Both the position numbers and the translations under genes were made by a program. Below the pieces are notes generated by a model. The model did no database searches. It was not told the DNA's origin and saw nothing but the letters and a program-made list of their open reading frames with translations. A DNA stretch of 40,298 nucleotides from Leucobacter sp. Lineage in GTDB: Bacteria > Actinomycetota > Actinomycetes > Actinomycetales > Microbacteriaceae. Location of the stretch: assembly GCA_034676385.1 (NCBI GenBank), contig JAUCCH010000055.1, forward strand, positions 1-40,298, in the 5' to 3' direction. Of the stretch, positions 18,742 to 27,294 are shown piece by piece. Position 1 is the stretch's first letter, and each line of letters starts with the position of its first letter.

Positions 18742-19353
18742 TTGAACGCGATGAGTTCAATGCCAAGCGTCGAGTTTTGGTTCGACCCGATTTGTCCCTG
18801 GTGCTGGATGACCAGTCGCTGGATCTCGGAAGTTTCGGCAGCGCGTGGGTTTGAGGTTGTCTGGCACCCCGTAAGCCTGGCCATCATTAATGCGGGCAGT
18901 GACGCAGGTAAGTATGCCGAGGGAATGCGACAGGGTCAGCGTATGGGGCGGGTGGTCGTTGCGGCTGAGCAACTCTACGGACCCGAGGTTGCAGGCAAGC
19001 TCTACACAGCTTTCGGCACGCGTATCCACCCAGGCGCGCGCGAGGACTTCGACGCGATCATCACTGAGTCACTCGGTGAAGCAGAGCTTTCAGGCCAGCT
19101 CGACCTGGCTGCGGACGACACCCAGTTCGACGCAGTGCTCCGTGAGAACACCCAGCACGCGCTCGACATTGCGGGCCCGAACGTTGGCGTGCCGGTCATC
19201 TCGATCGACGGTGTGGCGTTCTTTGGGCCTGTTGTGACTCCCGCACCGACGGGTGATCTTGCCCTGCAGTTATTTGACGGCATTCGTGCGGCGGCAAGCG
19301 TGCCGGGGTTCTATGAACTCAAGCGCGGCCGTACCGCCGGCCCGCAGTTTTAG
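18742..19353 (+). CDS. DsbA-family thiol oxidoreductase with a CPWC active site (Rv2466c / mycoredoxin-2-like)
   Basis: 'VEFWFDPICPWCWMTSRWISEV', 'GVAFFGPVVTPAP' and 'FYELKRGRTAGPQF' closely parallel M. tuberculosis Rv2466c. An alternative start is the Met at 18760. Confidence 0.75.
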   Translation: MNAMSSMPSVEFWFDPICPWCWMTSRWISEVSAARGFEVVWHPVSLAIINAGSDAGKYAEGMRQGQRMGRVVVAAEQLYGPEVAGKLYTAFGTRIHPGAREDFDAIITESLGEAELSGQLDLAADDTQFDAVLRENTQHALDIAGPNVGVPVISIDGVAFFGPVVTPAPTGDLALQLFDGIRAAASVPGFYELKRGRTAGPQF

Positions 19354-19371
19354 ATCGCTACACTTGGTTTC

Positions 19372-19863
19372 ATGCGCATTCACGTTGCCACCGATCATGC
19401 CGGTCTCGAGTTCAGCCAGCAGTTGCAGCAGCACCTCAGGGAGCAAGGCCACGAGGTGATCGACCACGGTCCCGAAGAGTATGACGCTCTCGATGACTAC
19501 CCCTCGTTCTGCATCAACGCCGCGCTTGGGGTCGCCCATGATGAACGTGCTGGCGTGGAAGCACTCGGCGTGGTCTTCGGCGGCTCGGGTAACGGTGAGC
19601 AGATGGCCGCAAACAAGGTTGAGGGCATCCGCGCAGCACTCGTGTGGAACGATTCGACCGCAGAACTGGCACGCGAGCACAACAGTGCCAATGTGATCTC
19701 TATTGGTGCGCGGCAGCACACCGTCGACGAAGCAATTCGCTTTATTGATCTGTTCATCTCGACCCCGTTCCCGGGAGACGAGCGCCACGTCCGACGCATC
19801 GCACAGCTCGGAGAGTACGAGCGAACCGGAGCTATCGCCGGCAAGCACGTCGACGAGCTGTAA
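19372..19863 (+). CDS. rpiB: ribose-5-phosphate isomerase B
   Basis: 'MRIHVATDHAGLEF...GVVFGGSGNGEQMAANKVEGIRAALVWNDSTAELAREHNSANVISIGAR' matches the RpiB/LacAB family, including mycobacterial RpiB. Confidence 0.9.
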   Translation: MRIHVATDHAGLEFSQQLQQHLREQGHEVIDHGPEEYDALDDYPSFCINAALGVAHDERAGVEALGVVFGGSGNGEQMAANKVEGIRAALVWNDSTAELAREHNSANVISIGARQHTVDEAIRFIDLFISTPFPGDERHVRRIAQLGEYERTGAIAGKHVDEL

Positions 19864-20937
19864 ATGCCCGAGGGTCACTCCGTCCATCGTATTGGCCGGC
19901 AGTTCAAATCAAATTTTGTAGGTCAGAAAGCCGAAGTTTCAAGCCCGCAGGGTCGATTTGAGCAGGGCGCGGCGATCCTTGACGGTCAAAAAATGACCGA
20001 CGCGCGAGCTGTCGGCAAACAGATGTTTCTTGAGTTCGAGAACCAAGACTGGTTGCGCGTGCATCTGGGCATCTACGGGGCCTGGGACTTTTCAGGCGAT
20101 GTGCGCGTCGATCCTTCGATACAAATTCATGCACCAAGGCGCGTAGAGCGAAGCAAAGCTTCGCGCGCCGTAAGTGCCGAAGCCGCCTCGGCTTCGGTTC
20201 AGAGCGAGAATGGAAGACTGATCCTTGGTCAAACGGGGGAGTACTCTCGCCCGGATGGCGTAGCTCCGGTTGATCGTGACGGTGAAGATTCGGTTGCGTC
20301 GATTGGCGCGCCGCGTCGCACTCGGGTGCGCATGGCTGAACACGATAGTGGTGGCGAGGATCAACGAGCGTTTCCGCCAGAGCCCGTCGGGCAGGTTCGT
20401 GTTCGCCTGCTCACCGAGACGGTGTGTGCTGATCTGCGTGGGCCGACGGCGTGCGAGGTGCTTGATCCTGCAGGTGTGGACAAGGTGCTGCAGCGACTAG
20501 GTCCCGATCCGGCGAACGCAAATACTCGCGTCGAACGCGATCGGTTCATTGAGCGCGCATCAGCCAAGCGTACGGCAATCGGCCTCGTGCTCATGGACCA
20601 GTCGGTGCTTGCCGGAATCGGCAACGTCTATCGTGCGGAGCTGCTCTTTCGGGCGGGCATTGATCCGTACACCCCTGCGAATACTATCGATCGATCTGTG
20701 CTCGAGCTTCTGTGGGAAGACTGGGCGAAGCTGCTCGATATTGGTATCACCGTGGGGCAGATGATTACGATCGATGATCTTGAGGGCCAAGACTACGACC
20801 GAGCGCTTCGCGAGCGCGATGAGCGGCACTGGGTATACAAGCTCGAAGGCACGCCGTGCAAGCGCTGTGGTACTAATATTTCGCTTGAGATCATGGGTAA
20901 TCGCAAGCTCTATTGGTGTGCTGGCTGCCAGTCCTAG
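19864..20937 (+). CDS. nei: Fpg/Nei-family DNA glycosylase (endonuclease VIII-like) with a ~90-aa low-complexity insertion
   Basis: N-terminal 'MPEGHSVHR' (Pro2/Glu3 catalytic), the H2TH motif 'LMDQSVLAGIGNVYRAELLFRAGIDP' and the C-terminal zinc finger 'CKRCGTNI...YWCAGCQ'. The ATG follows the rpiB stop directly. Confidence 0.8.
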   Translation: MPEGHSVHRIGRQFKSNFVGQKAEVSSPQGRFEQGAAILDGQKMTDARAVGKQMFLEFENQDWLRVHLGIYGAWDFSGDVRVDPSIQIHAPRRVERSKASRAVSAEAASASVQSENGRLILGQTGEYSRPDGVAPVDRDGEDSVASIGAPRRTRVRMAEHDSGGEDQRAFPPEPVGQVRVRLLTETVCADLRGPTACEVLDPAGVDKVLQRLGPDPANANTRVERDRFIERASAKRTAIGLVLMDQSVLAGIGNVYRAELLFRAGIDPYTPANTIDRSVLELLWEDWAKLLDIGITVGQMITIDDLEGQDYDRALRERDERHWVYKLEGTPCKRCGTNISLEIMGNRKLYWCAGCQS

Positions 20938-21033
20938 TCGATGGTCCTGGCTGGTAGGCCAACCTGGAGTGTACTTCAGCGTTGAGCGCACCGACCCTCT
21001 ACGCTCGCTGTGTGGTTTTACGAAATAGTTGCG

Positions 21034-21073
21034 GCTTCAACTAAATTTCTGTTACATTGAATTTAGTTGAAGC
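21034..21073. promoter_or_regulatory. 14-bp perfect AT-rich inverted repeat (GCTTCAACTAAATT-N12-AATTTAGTTGAAGC), candidate operator
   Basis: Read directly from the sequence. It sits in an unusually AT-rich intergenic region and overlaps the 5' end of the TTG-start ORF; the likely real ATG is at 21139. Confidence 0.5.
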
Positions 21074-21138
21074 ATCAATTATTTGATTGTTTCGATGGAT
21101 ATCTTGTTCATCATTCACTTAAGAATCACGGAGACACC

Positions 21139-21693
21139 ATGACTATTACCGCTGATCAGATCCCGGGCTACCGCGCAGGCACTTGGGTAATCGACCCCAC
21201 TCATACTGAGGTAGGTTTCTCAGTCCGCCACCTCGCAATCAGCAAGGTTAAGGGCAAATTCGAACGCTTCAATGGCACCTTCGTGACCGCTGAAAACCCG
21301 CTTGACTCCAGCGTTGAGGCGATCGTTGAGGTTGCATCGATCAATACCAACCAGGCTGACCGTGATGGCCACCTGCGTACCGGAGACTTCTTTGCTGCCG
21401 AGGAGTTTCCCGAGTTCACTTTCAAGAGCAACGGGGTACGCCAAAACGGCAGCGACTTTGCCGTTGACGGCGACCTCACCCTCCGTGGTGTGACCAAGCC
21501 GGTCACCTTTGATTTTGAGTTCGGTGGCTTTGGTGCAATGGGCGAAACTTACAAAGCGGGATTCACCGCCAAGACCGTAGTGAAGCGCGAAGACTTTGGC
21601 ATTCAGTGGAACGCTCCGCTCGAGACCGGTGGGCTGTTGCTCGGTAGCGATGTGACTATTACTCTCGATGTACAGGCCGTCCTGCAGAAGTAA
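21139..21693 (+). CDS. YceI-family (polyisoprenoid-binding) protein
   Basis: 'TWVIDPTHTEVGFSVRHLAISKVKGKFERFNGTF ... FKSNGVRQNG...VDGDLTLRGVTKPVTFDFEF' matches the YceI family. Start is taken at the internal Met of ORF 21067..21693. Confidence 0.8.
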   Translation: MTITADQIPGYRAGTWVIDPTHTEVGFSVRHLAISKVKGKFERFNGTFVTAENPLDSSVEAIVEVASINTNQADRDGHLRTGDFFAAEEFPEFTFKSNGVRQNGSDFAVDGDLTLRGVTKPVTFDFEFGGFGAMGETYKAGFTAKTVVKREDFGIQWNAPLETGGLLLGSDVTITLDVQAVLQK

Positions 21694-21734
21694 GACAAAG
21701 AACTGCTCGGCCCGTTTATTTGGGTCGAGGATCA

Positions 21735-21760
21735 GGGGCGGTGGCGACACCGCCCCTTTT
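21735..21760. terminator. bidirectional intrinsic terminator (GGGGCGGTG-GCGA-CACCGCCCC-TTTT) between the convergent yceI and phosphatase genes
   Basis: A 9-bp GC-rich perfect stem, a 4-nt loop and a T4 tail; the complementary strand gives an A-tract for the other direction. Confidence 0.7.
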
Positions 21761-21767
21761 CAATGCC

Positions 21768-22850
21768 CTAAAGTAAGCCGAGTGCGCGGAGCTCGTGCCG
21801 CAGAGTGGCGCCGTCCGGCCCATAGATCCAAGGTACGCCGCTCACGCTGCGCTGGATACGAGCCTTGGACCTGCCGCCTGCGAGCACTGCCTGCCCAGCT
21901 GAAAGCTGGCGAATGAGCACAGCCGCAACATTCTGCGGGTGCGCGGTGGCAAACCGTTGATATAGTTCCTCATCGTGTTGACCGTCGTCGCCAACGAGAA
22001 TCCACTTGATATCGGGAAACTCCCTCGCGAGTCGTGAAAGTTCACGAGTCTTGTGTTCCTTACCGCTGCGGAACCATCGATCAGTAGTTGGGCCCCAGTC
22101 GGTGAGTAGCAGTGGACCCATCGGGTAGAGGTTGCGTTCGAGAAACCTGCTGAGAGCGGGAGCGACGTTCCAGGCCCCAGTCGAGAGGTAGATCACGGGC
22201 GAACCTGGGTGCATACTGAGCAATTGATCGTAGAGTACCGGCATTCCGGGGGTGGATGTGCGGGCATGCTCGTCGAGCACGAAACTGTTCCAGGCAGCAA
22301 CCATAGGTTTCGGCAGTGCCGTGTTCAAGATCGTGTCATCAACGTCGCTCAACAAACCAAAGTGCGCGTCTGGGTCGACGATGTAGACCGGAGCATGCAT
22401 GGCTTCTGAATGTTCAGATCTTGCGCCACTAGCTTGCAGGGTGATCGTGTGCCAGCCGGGAGTGAGCTGCACGGGAACTACGTGATCGATTACCCCGCCT
22501 CGATCAGAAGCCACCTCGGTGACCAGTTGTCCATCAATAAGCACTCGAACCGGGTAGTGCGGCACGTGGACGCTCGTAAAGCTACGCCAACCTCGAACGC
22601 GGGCGACTTGGGACACCACAGGTTTGAGGGAGGTTCCCTCAGTTGGTGCGACTTCTGTAGGGGATCCCGCTGGCATGTAGAGGACTCGACCCAGCACTCG
22701 AACCCACTCGGTTGAACCGTAGCCGATGTACGGAATGATACCCGGAACTCGGCCACGTTTCACCACACGCTTTTCGCGATATCGGTGGAACGAATCATCG
22801 AGTCGCGCCGCAAATTTCGGGCGACTGTCTGGTCGTCTTGCTTCCGTCAC
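21768..22850 (-). CDS. App1-like / DUF2183 phosphatase domain protein (HAD-like DxDxT motif)
   Basis: 'LLSDVDDTILNT' (DxDxT) and 'ILVGDDGQHDEELY' are typical of the App1-family phosphatidate-phosphatase-like domain. Confidence 0.6.
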   Translation of the reverse strand: MTEARRPDSRPKFAARLDDSFHRYREKRVVKRGRVPGIIPYIGYGSTEWVRVLGRVLYMPAGSPTEVAPTEGTSLKPVVSQVARVRGWRSFTSVHVPHYPVRVLIDGQLVTEVASDRGGVIDHVVPVQLTPGWHTITLQASGARSEHSEAMHAPVYIVDPDAHFGLLSDVDDTILNTALPKPMVAAWNSFVLDEHARTSTPGMPVLYDQLLSMHPGSPVIYLSTGAWNVAPALSRFLERNLYPMGPLLLTDWGPTTDRWFRSGKEHKTRELSRLAREFPDIKWILVGDDGQHDEELYQRFATAHPQNVAAVLIRQLSAGQAVLAGGRSKARIQRSVSGVPWIYGPDGATLRHELRALGLL

Positions 22851-22942
22851 CCGACCAGTCTAGGGGAGTCGCTCGTTTGCGCGGGTGATTCACGAGTCTT
22901 AGCGTCGCGACGCGGCTCAATCCCAAGCACTGGGGTGCTGCG

Positions 22943-22981
22943 AATAAGGTTTCACTTCATACCTAATAAGGTTTCACTTCA
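22943..22981 (+). promoter_or_regulatory. two copies of the 17-bp direct repeat AATAAGGTTTCACTTCA (22-bp period) upstream of cydA
   Basis: Read directly. It sits ~150 bp upstream of the cydA GTG start (23134), which has the SD 'GGAGA'. Confidence 0.4.
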
Positions 22982-23133
22982 CGTCAAGACTGATTCGCGC
23001 GGGGCACTTGACTTCAATAAAATTGCTAGTGACCGGCAAGAACCGGTAGATCCGCAAGGCGTGACCAGCCTTTCCCGGAGCTCACTATGGGAGTGCGCCC
23101 CCAAGTGGGCGCGCCCGTCATCTTGGAGAACTC

Positions 23134-24591
23134 GTGAACGAATTCCTAGATGCGTTGACGCTCGCCCGCTGGCAGTTCGGGCTTACAACGCTGTACCACT
23201 TCCTCTTTGTTCCACTAACAATTGGTCTGAGCTTCTTGGTCGCAATCTTGCAGACCGCGTGGGTGCGCACCGGTAAGGTCAAGTACCTTCGGCTTACAAA
23301 GCTCTATGGCAAGGTTTTTCTCATTAACTTCGCTATGGGCGTCGTTACCGGTATCGTGCAGGAGTTCCAGTTCGGCATGAACTGGTCGAACTACTCGCGC
23401 TTCGTCGGTGACATTTTTGGGGCACCGTTGGCGATGGAAGGCCTCATCGCCTTCTTCCTGGAAGCGACATTCATTGGTTTGTGGATTTTCGGCTGGGACA
23501 AGCTGCCGAAAAAGGTTCACTTGGCAACCATCTGGGCGACTTCGATCGCCTCAATGCTGTCCGCGTACTTCATTCTCGCGGCCAATGCATTTATGCAGAA
23601 TCCAGTTGGTTACAAGCTGAATCCCGAGACTCAGCGCGCAGAACTTACCGATATCGTCGCAGTCTTGGCAAACCCTGTCGCGCTGTGGCAATTCCCGCAC
23701 ACGATCTTCGCCTCCATCATGTTTGGTGCGACCGTGATGGTTGCTGTCGCGGCTTGGCACCTCAAGCGCAACCAGTTTGTCGATGAGATGCGGGTGAGCC
23801 TACGGGTTGGTTTGTGGGCGAACATCCTTGCTTTCATGGGCGTCGGTCTCAGCGGGCACACGCTCGGGATGGTCATGACCGAGACGCAGCCAATGAAGAT
23901 GGCCGCGGCCGAGGCGCTCTACGCCAACGCTTCTGGCGCTGATGCCTCATTCTCGATCTTTAGCTTGGGCACTCCAGACGGACTCCACGAGATCTTCTCA
24001 ATCCGAATTCCTTACCTCTTATCGTTCCTGTCTCACGGTGACTTCACGAGTGAGGTTCAGGGCATCAACAATCTGCAGGCCGAGTACACAGAGCTCTACT
24101 GCGGTGCGGGCTCTACCGTACTGACCTGTCCAAGTGACGGATACTTCACGCCCATCATCTGGGTGACCTATTGGGCATTTCGTTGGATGATCGGCCTCGG
24201 CGTTCTGGCAGCCCTCGTCTCAGCGGTGGGTCTGTGGCTGACACGCAAGAACCGCGGAGTACCCGCATGGGCATGGAAGGTCGCAATCTGGACTGCCCCA
24301 ATCCCCATGGTTGCCTCGCTTGTCGGTTGGATCTTTACCGAGATGGGCCGTCAGCCATGGCTGGTGTTTGGTGTGATGACCACGGAGTCGGGTGTTTCGC
24401 CCGGTGTGCCGGGATGGGCTGTACTCGTATCGCTGATCGTGTTCACGCTCGTCTACGGTGCTCTTGCCGTCGTTGAGTTCAAGCTCATCGTGAAGGCTGT
24501 GAAGGCCGGCCCGCCCGAGATCGGTGACCCCGATGACGTTGATGGCGACGGCGGCGACATCGACCACACCAAATTCGCGACGGTCTACTAG
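23134..24591 (+). CDS. cydA: cytochrome bd ubiquinol oxidase subunit I
   Basis: 'LTTLYHFLFVPLTIGLSFLVAILQT ... GMNWSNYSRFVGDIFGAPLAMEGLIAFFLEATFIGLWIFGW' matches the CydA N-terminus and Q-loop region. Confidence 0.92.
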   Translation: MNEFLDALTLARWQFGLTTLYHFLFVPLTIGLSFLVAILQTAWVRTGKVKYLRLTKLYGKVFLINFAMGVVTGIVQEFQFGMNWSNYSRFVGDIFGAPLAMEGLIAFFLEATFIGLWIFGWDKLPKKVHLATIWATSIASMLSAYFILAANAFMQNPVGYKLNPETQRAELTDIVAVLANPVALWQFPHTIFASIMFGATVMVAVAAWHLKRNQFVDEMRVSLRVGLWANILAFMGVGLSGHTLGMVMTETQPMKMAAAEALYANASGADASFSIFSLGTPDGLHEIFSIRIPYLLSFLSHGDFTSEVQGINNLQAEYTELYCGAGSTVLTCPSDGYFTPIIWVTYWAFRWMIGLGVLAALVSAVGLWLTRKNRGVPAWAWKVAIWTAPIPMVASLVGWIFTEMGRQPWLVFGVMTTESGVSPGVPGWAVLVSLIVFTLVYGALAVVEFKLIVKAVKAGPPEIGDPDDVDGDGGDIDHTKFATVY

Positions 24592-24602
24592 GAGGAATCG
24601 AA

Positions 24603-25649
24603 ATGGATCTCACACTTGTTTGGTTTCTCGCTGTCGGGGTGTTCCTCATCGGATACTTCGTTCTAGACGGCTTCGACTTTGGCGTAGGAATGGCACTGCC
24701 GTTCCTGGGCAAAGACAACGTCGATCGTCGACTCATTATCAACACGATTGGTCCTGTCTGGGACCTGAATGAGACTTGGCTCATCGTTGCCGGGGCATGC
24801 TTGTTTGCGGCGTTCCCCGAGTGGTATGCCACCATGTTCTCGGGCTTCTATCTCGCTCTGTTGTTGATCCTCGTCGCCCTAATTTTGCGCGGAGTCTCGT
24901 TCGAGTTTCGGCACCAGGGAAAGGGCCCTCGCTGGACGGGCTGGTTTGACGGCTTCATCTTCTGGGGTTCGCTCGTGCCACCGCTGCTCTGGGGCACCGC
25001 GTTCGCAAACTTGGTGCAGGGACTTCCAATAGTGCCGATGGAGACGGGTGGTTGGTTGTACGAGGGCACGTTGCTCACGCTTCTTAACCCTTACGGTCTA
25101 CTCGGTGGTATCACAGTGACCTTGCTTTGCTTCACCCACGGTCTTGTATTCATTGCGCTGAAGACCTCAGGTGACATGCGCGACCGGGCACGAGCGCTTG
25201 CAACGAAAGTCGGGATCGTGACGATCGTGGTAGCCGCAGGATTCCTTGCCTGGACGGTGCTCATGCGGGTCGGTGATCCGAACTTCTTCGCGGTTGCACT
25301 GATATCAGCGCTTGCAGCGATTTCTCTGGTCGCCGGGCTGGTCTACAACCTGATGGGCCGAGAAGGTTGGGCGTTCACATTCAACGCGTTGACAATTGCA
25401 TTCGCGCTGCTGGCGATCTTCATGGCGCTCTACCCATATGTGATGATCTCGAACATCGACCCTGCCTACTCAATGAGTATTCAGGGCGCGGCCAGCTCGC
25501 AGATGACTCTCGAGCTCATGACCTGGGTTGCGGTATTCACGTTACCGCTCGTGCTCGCGTACCAGGCTTGGACCTACTGGATCTTCCGTAAGCGGCTCTC
25601 GCGTGCACACATTCCCGCGGATGAGCCAGTCATAGTTAACTCACCCTAA
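24603..25649 (+). CDS. cydB: cytochrome bd ubiquinol oxidase subunit II
   Basis: 'MDLTLVWFLAVGVFLIGYFVLDGFDFGVGM' matches the CydB N-terminus. It lies immediately downstream of cydA. Confidence 0.9.
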   Translation: MDLTLVWFLAVGVFLIGYFVLDGFDFGVGMALPFLGKDNVDRRLIINTIGPVWDLNETWLIVAGACLFAAFPEWYATMFSGFYLALLLILVALILRGVSFEFRHQGKGPRWTGWFDGFIFWGSLVPPLLWGTAFANLVQGLPIVPMETGGWLYEGTLLTLLNPYGLLGGITVTLLCFTHGLVFIALKTSGDMRDRARALATKVGIVTIVVAAGFLAWTVLMRVGDPNFFAVALISALAAISLVAGLVYNLMGREGWAFTFNALTIAFALLAIFMALYPYVMISNIDPAYSMSIQGAASSQMTLELMTWVAVFTLPLVLAYQAWTYWIFRKRLSRAHIPADEPVIVNSP

Positions 25650-25659
25650 GATAGATCTG

Positions 25660-27294
25660 ATGAAGCCCCTCGACCCGAGACTCCTGCGCTATGCCAGCGG
25701 TGCCCGCACCGTCCTCGGTGTCGGGGGGCTACTCGGAGTAGTTCGCACGCTTGCGGTCATCACTTGGTGCTGGTGCATCGCTCAATCGCTCGCCCTCCTA
25801 GTGCTACCGGTGCTTGGTGGCATGGGCGGTGCCGCTGGCCGAGTAGCAGAAGGCGCGTATTCCGCGAGCACGCTTCCGTGGCTTGTCACCGTGGCATTGG
25901 TGGCGATCCTCGTACGCTCGGCCGCAAGCTGGGGAATGGATGCACTTGCGGCGCGAGGCGCGGTGCGCGTGAAATCGCAACTGCGTGAAGCGGCACTCAA
26001 CGCAATTGATTCTCGTTCACCAGAGGCCCTGAATTCGCGGTCTGATGCGAGCGGGGCAACCGCACTCGGTCGCGGTCTTGACGCTCTTGATGGATATTTC
26101 TCCGGCTACCTGCCTCAGTTGATCCTTACGATCTGCGCGACGCCATTACTGGTGCTTGCAGTGCTCCTCGCTGATCCATTGAGCGGGCTGGTGGTGGTGA
26201 TCGTCTTTCCGGTGATCCCGGTGTTTATGATCCTCATAGGCCTAGCGACTCAGGGCGTGCAGAAGAAGCAGTGGGAGCAGCTGCAGCACCTTTCTGGATC
26301 CTTCCTTGATGTAGTTGAAGGCCTCACGACGCTGAAGATCTTTCGCCGAGAAGCTCGGCAAGTCCAGCGGATTACTCGTGAAACAGGGGAATATCGCAGT
26401 CGAACCATGCAGGTGCTTCGCGTCACATTCCTTTCCGGGTTCGTGCTTGATCTCGCGGGCACGTTCTCGATCGCACTCGTAGCAGTGACGGTCGGTACAA
26501 GGCTAGTTTCAGGTGAATTTCCCCTTGCGCTTGGCCTTTTCGTGCTGCTCCTGCTGCCCGAAGCGTTCATACCGATTCGTGCGGTTGGTACGGCCTTCCA
26601 CGCGTCAACCGAAGGGTTGGCAGCGGCAGAGCAGGTATTTGAAATTATCGAGGATCAGGGCGCAGACGATTCTCGTCCTCTCAATCTCGTGACAAGCAAC
26701 TCAATTTCCTTTGACCGAGTGAGCATTGAGCGAGGCGCGCACACGGTTGGGCCGGTCTCGCTTCAGGTTCAGCCCGGTGAAATTGTGGCTCTCGTGGGCC
26801 CTTCCGGAACGGGAAAGAGCACCCTGGTGTCTGCGTTGCTCGGTTTTGCGTTGCCATCAAGCGGAGTGCTGGCTCGCCCCGAAACGCTCGCCTGGGTTGG
26901 GCAGCGGCCGGGTCTCCTACATGGGACTATCGCCGAAAATGTGGCGCTGGGTGATGAGCTGGCTGATCCTCGAATGGTGCAACGAGCGCTCGAATCCGTG
27001 GGCCTCGCTGAAATCTCTCAAGACCGCGAACTCGGAGCTTAAGGGCTCGGTCTTTCAGGAGGCCAAGCGCAGCGCGTCGCGATTGCACGAGCGCTGTATC
27101 GTGCTTGGCGACTTGATGCCGCGGCGCTGGTACTTGATGAGCCGAGCTCCGCGCTGGACGCCGAAAGTGAGGCGCGAATTGCAGGTGTGCTGCGTGCGGA
27201 GGCTGCGGCTGGGCGGGCTGTGTTGCTCATCAGCCACCGAACCGCGTTGATAGAAAGTGCGGATCGCGTGGTGCGCATGGGGGAGCTTTCGTGA
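25660..27294 (+). pseudogene. cydD: ABC transporter CydD (thiol reductant exporter needed for bd oxidase assembly) with an in-frame TAA at 27040-27042
   Basis: A TM domain is followed by Walker A 'VALVGPSGTGKST'. The ORF stops at '...RELGA*' but continues in the same frame with 'GLGLSGGQAQRVAIARAL ... LVLDEPSSALD ... LLISHR' (signature, Walker B, H-loop) to a TGA overlapping the cydC GTG start (GTGA). Confidence 0.75.

Noticed and set aside
22943-22981. CRISPR array
   Set aside because: There are only two repeat copies with a 5-bp spacer and no cas genes. This is a promoter-region direct repeat, not CRISPR. No other CRISPR-like periodic repeats were seen in the window.
22785-23276. 163-aa ORF spanning the cydA upstream region
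   Set aside because: It crosses the cydA promoter, SD and start, has no recognisable motif, and is in a region better explained as regulatory DNA.
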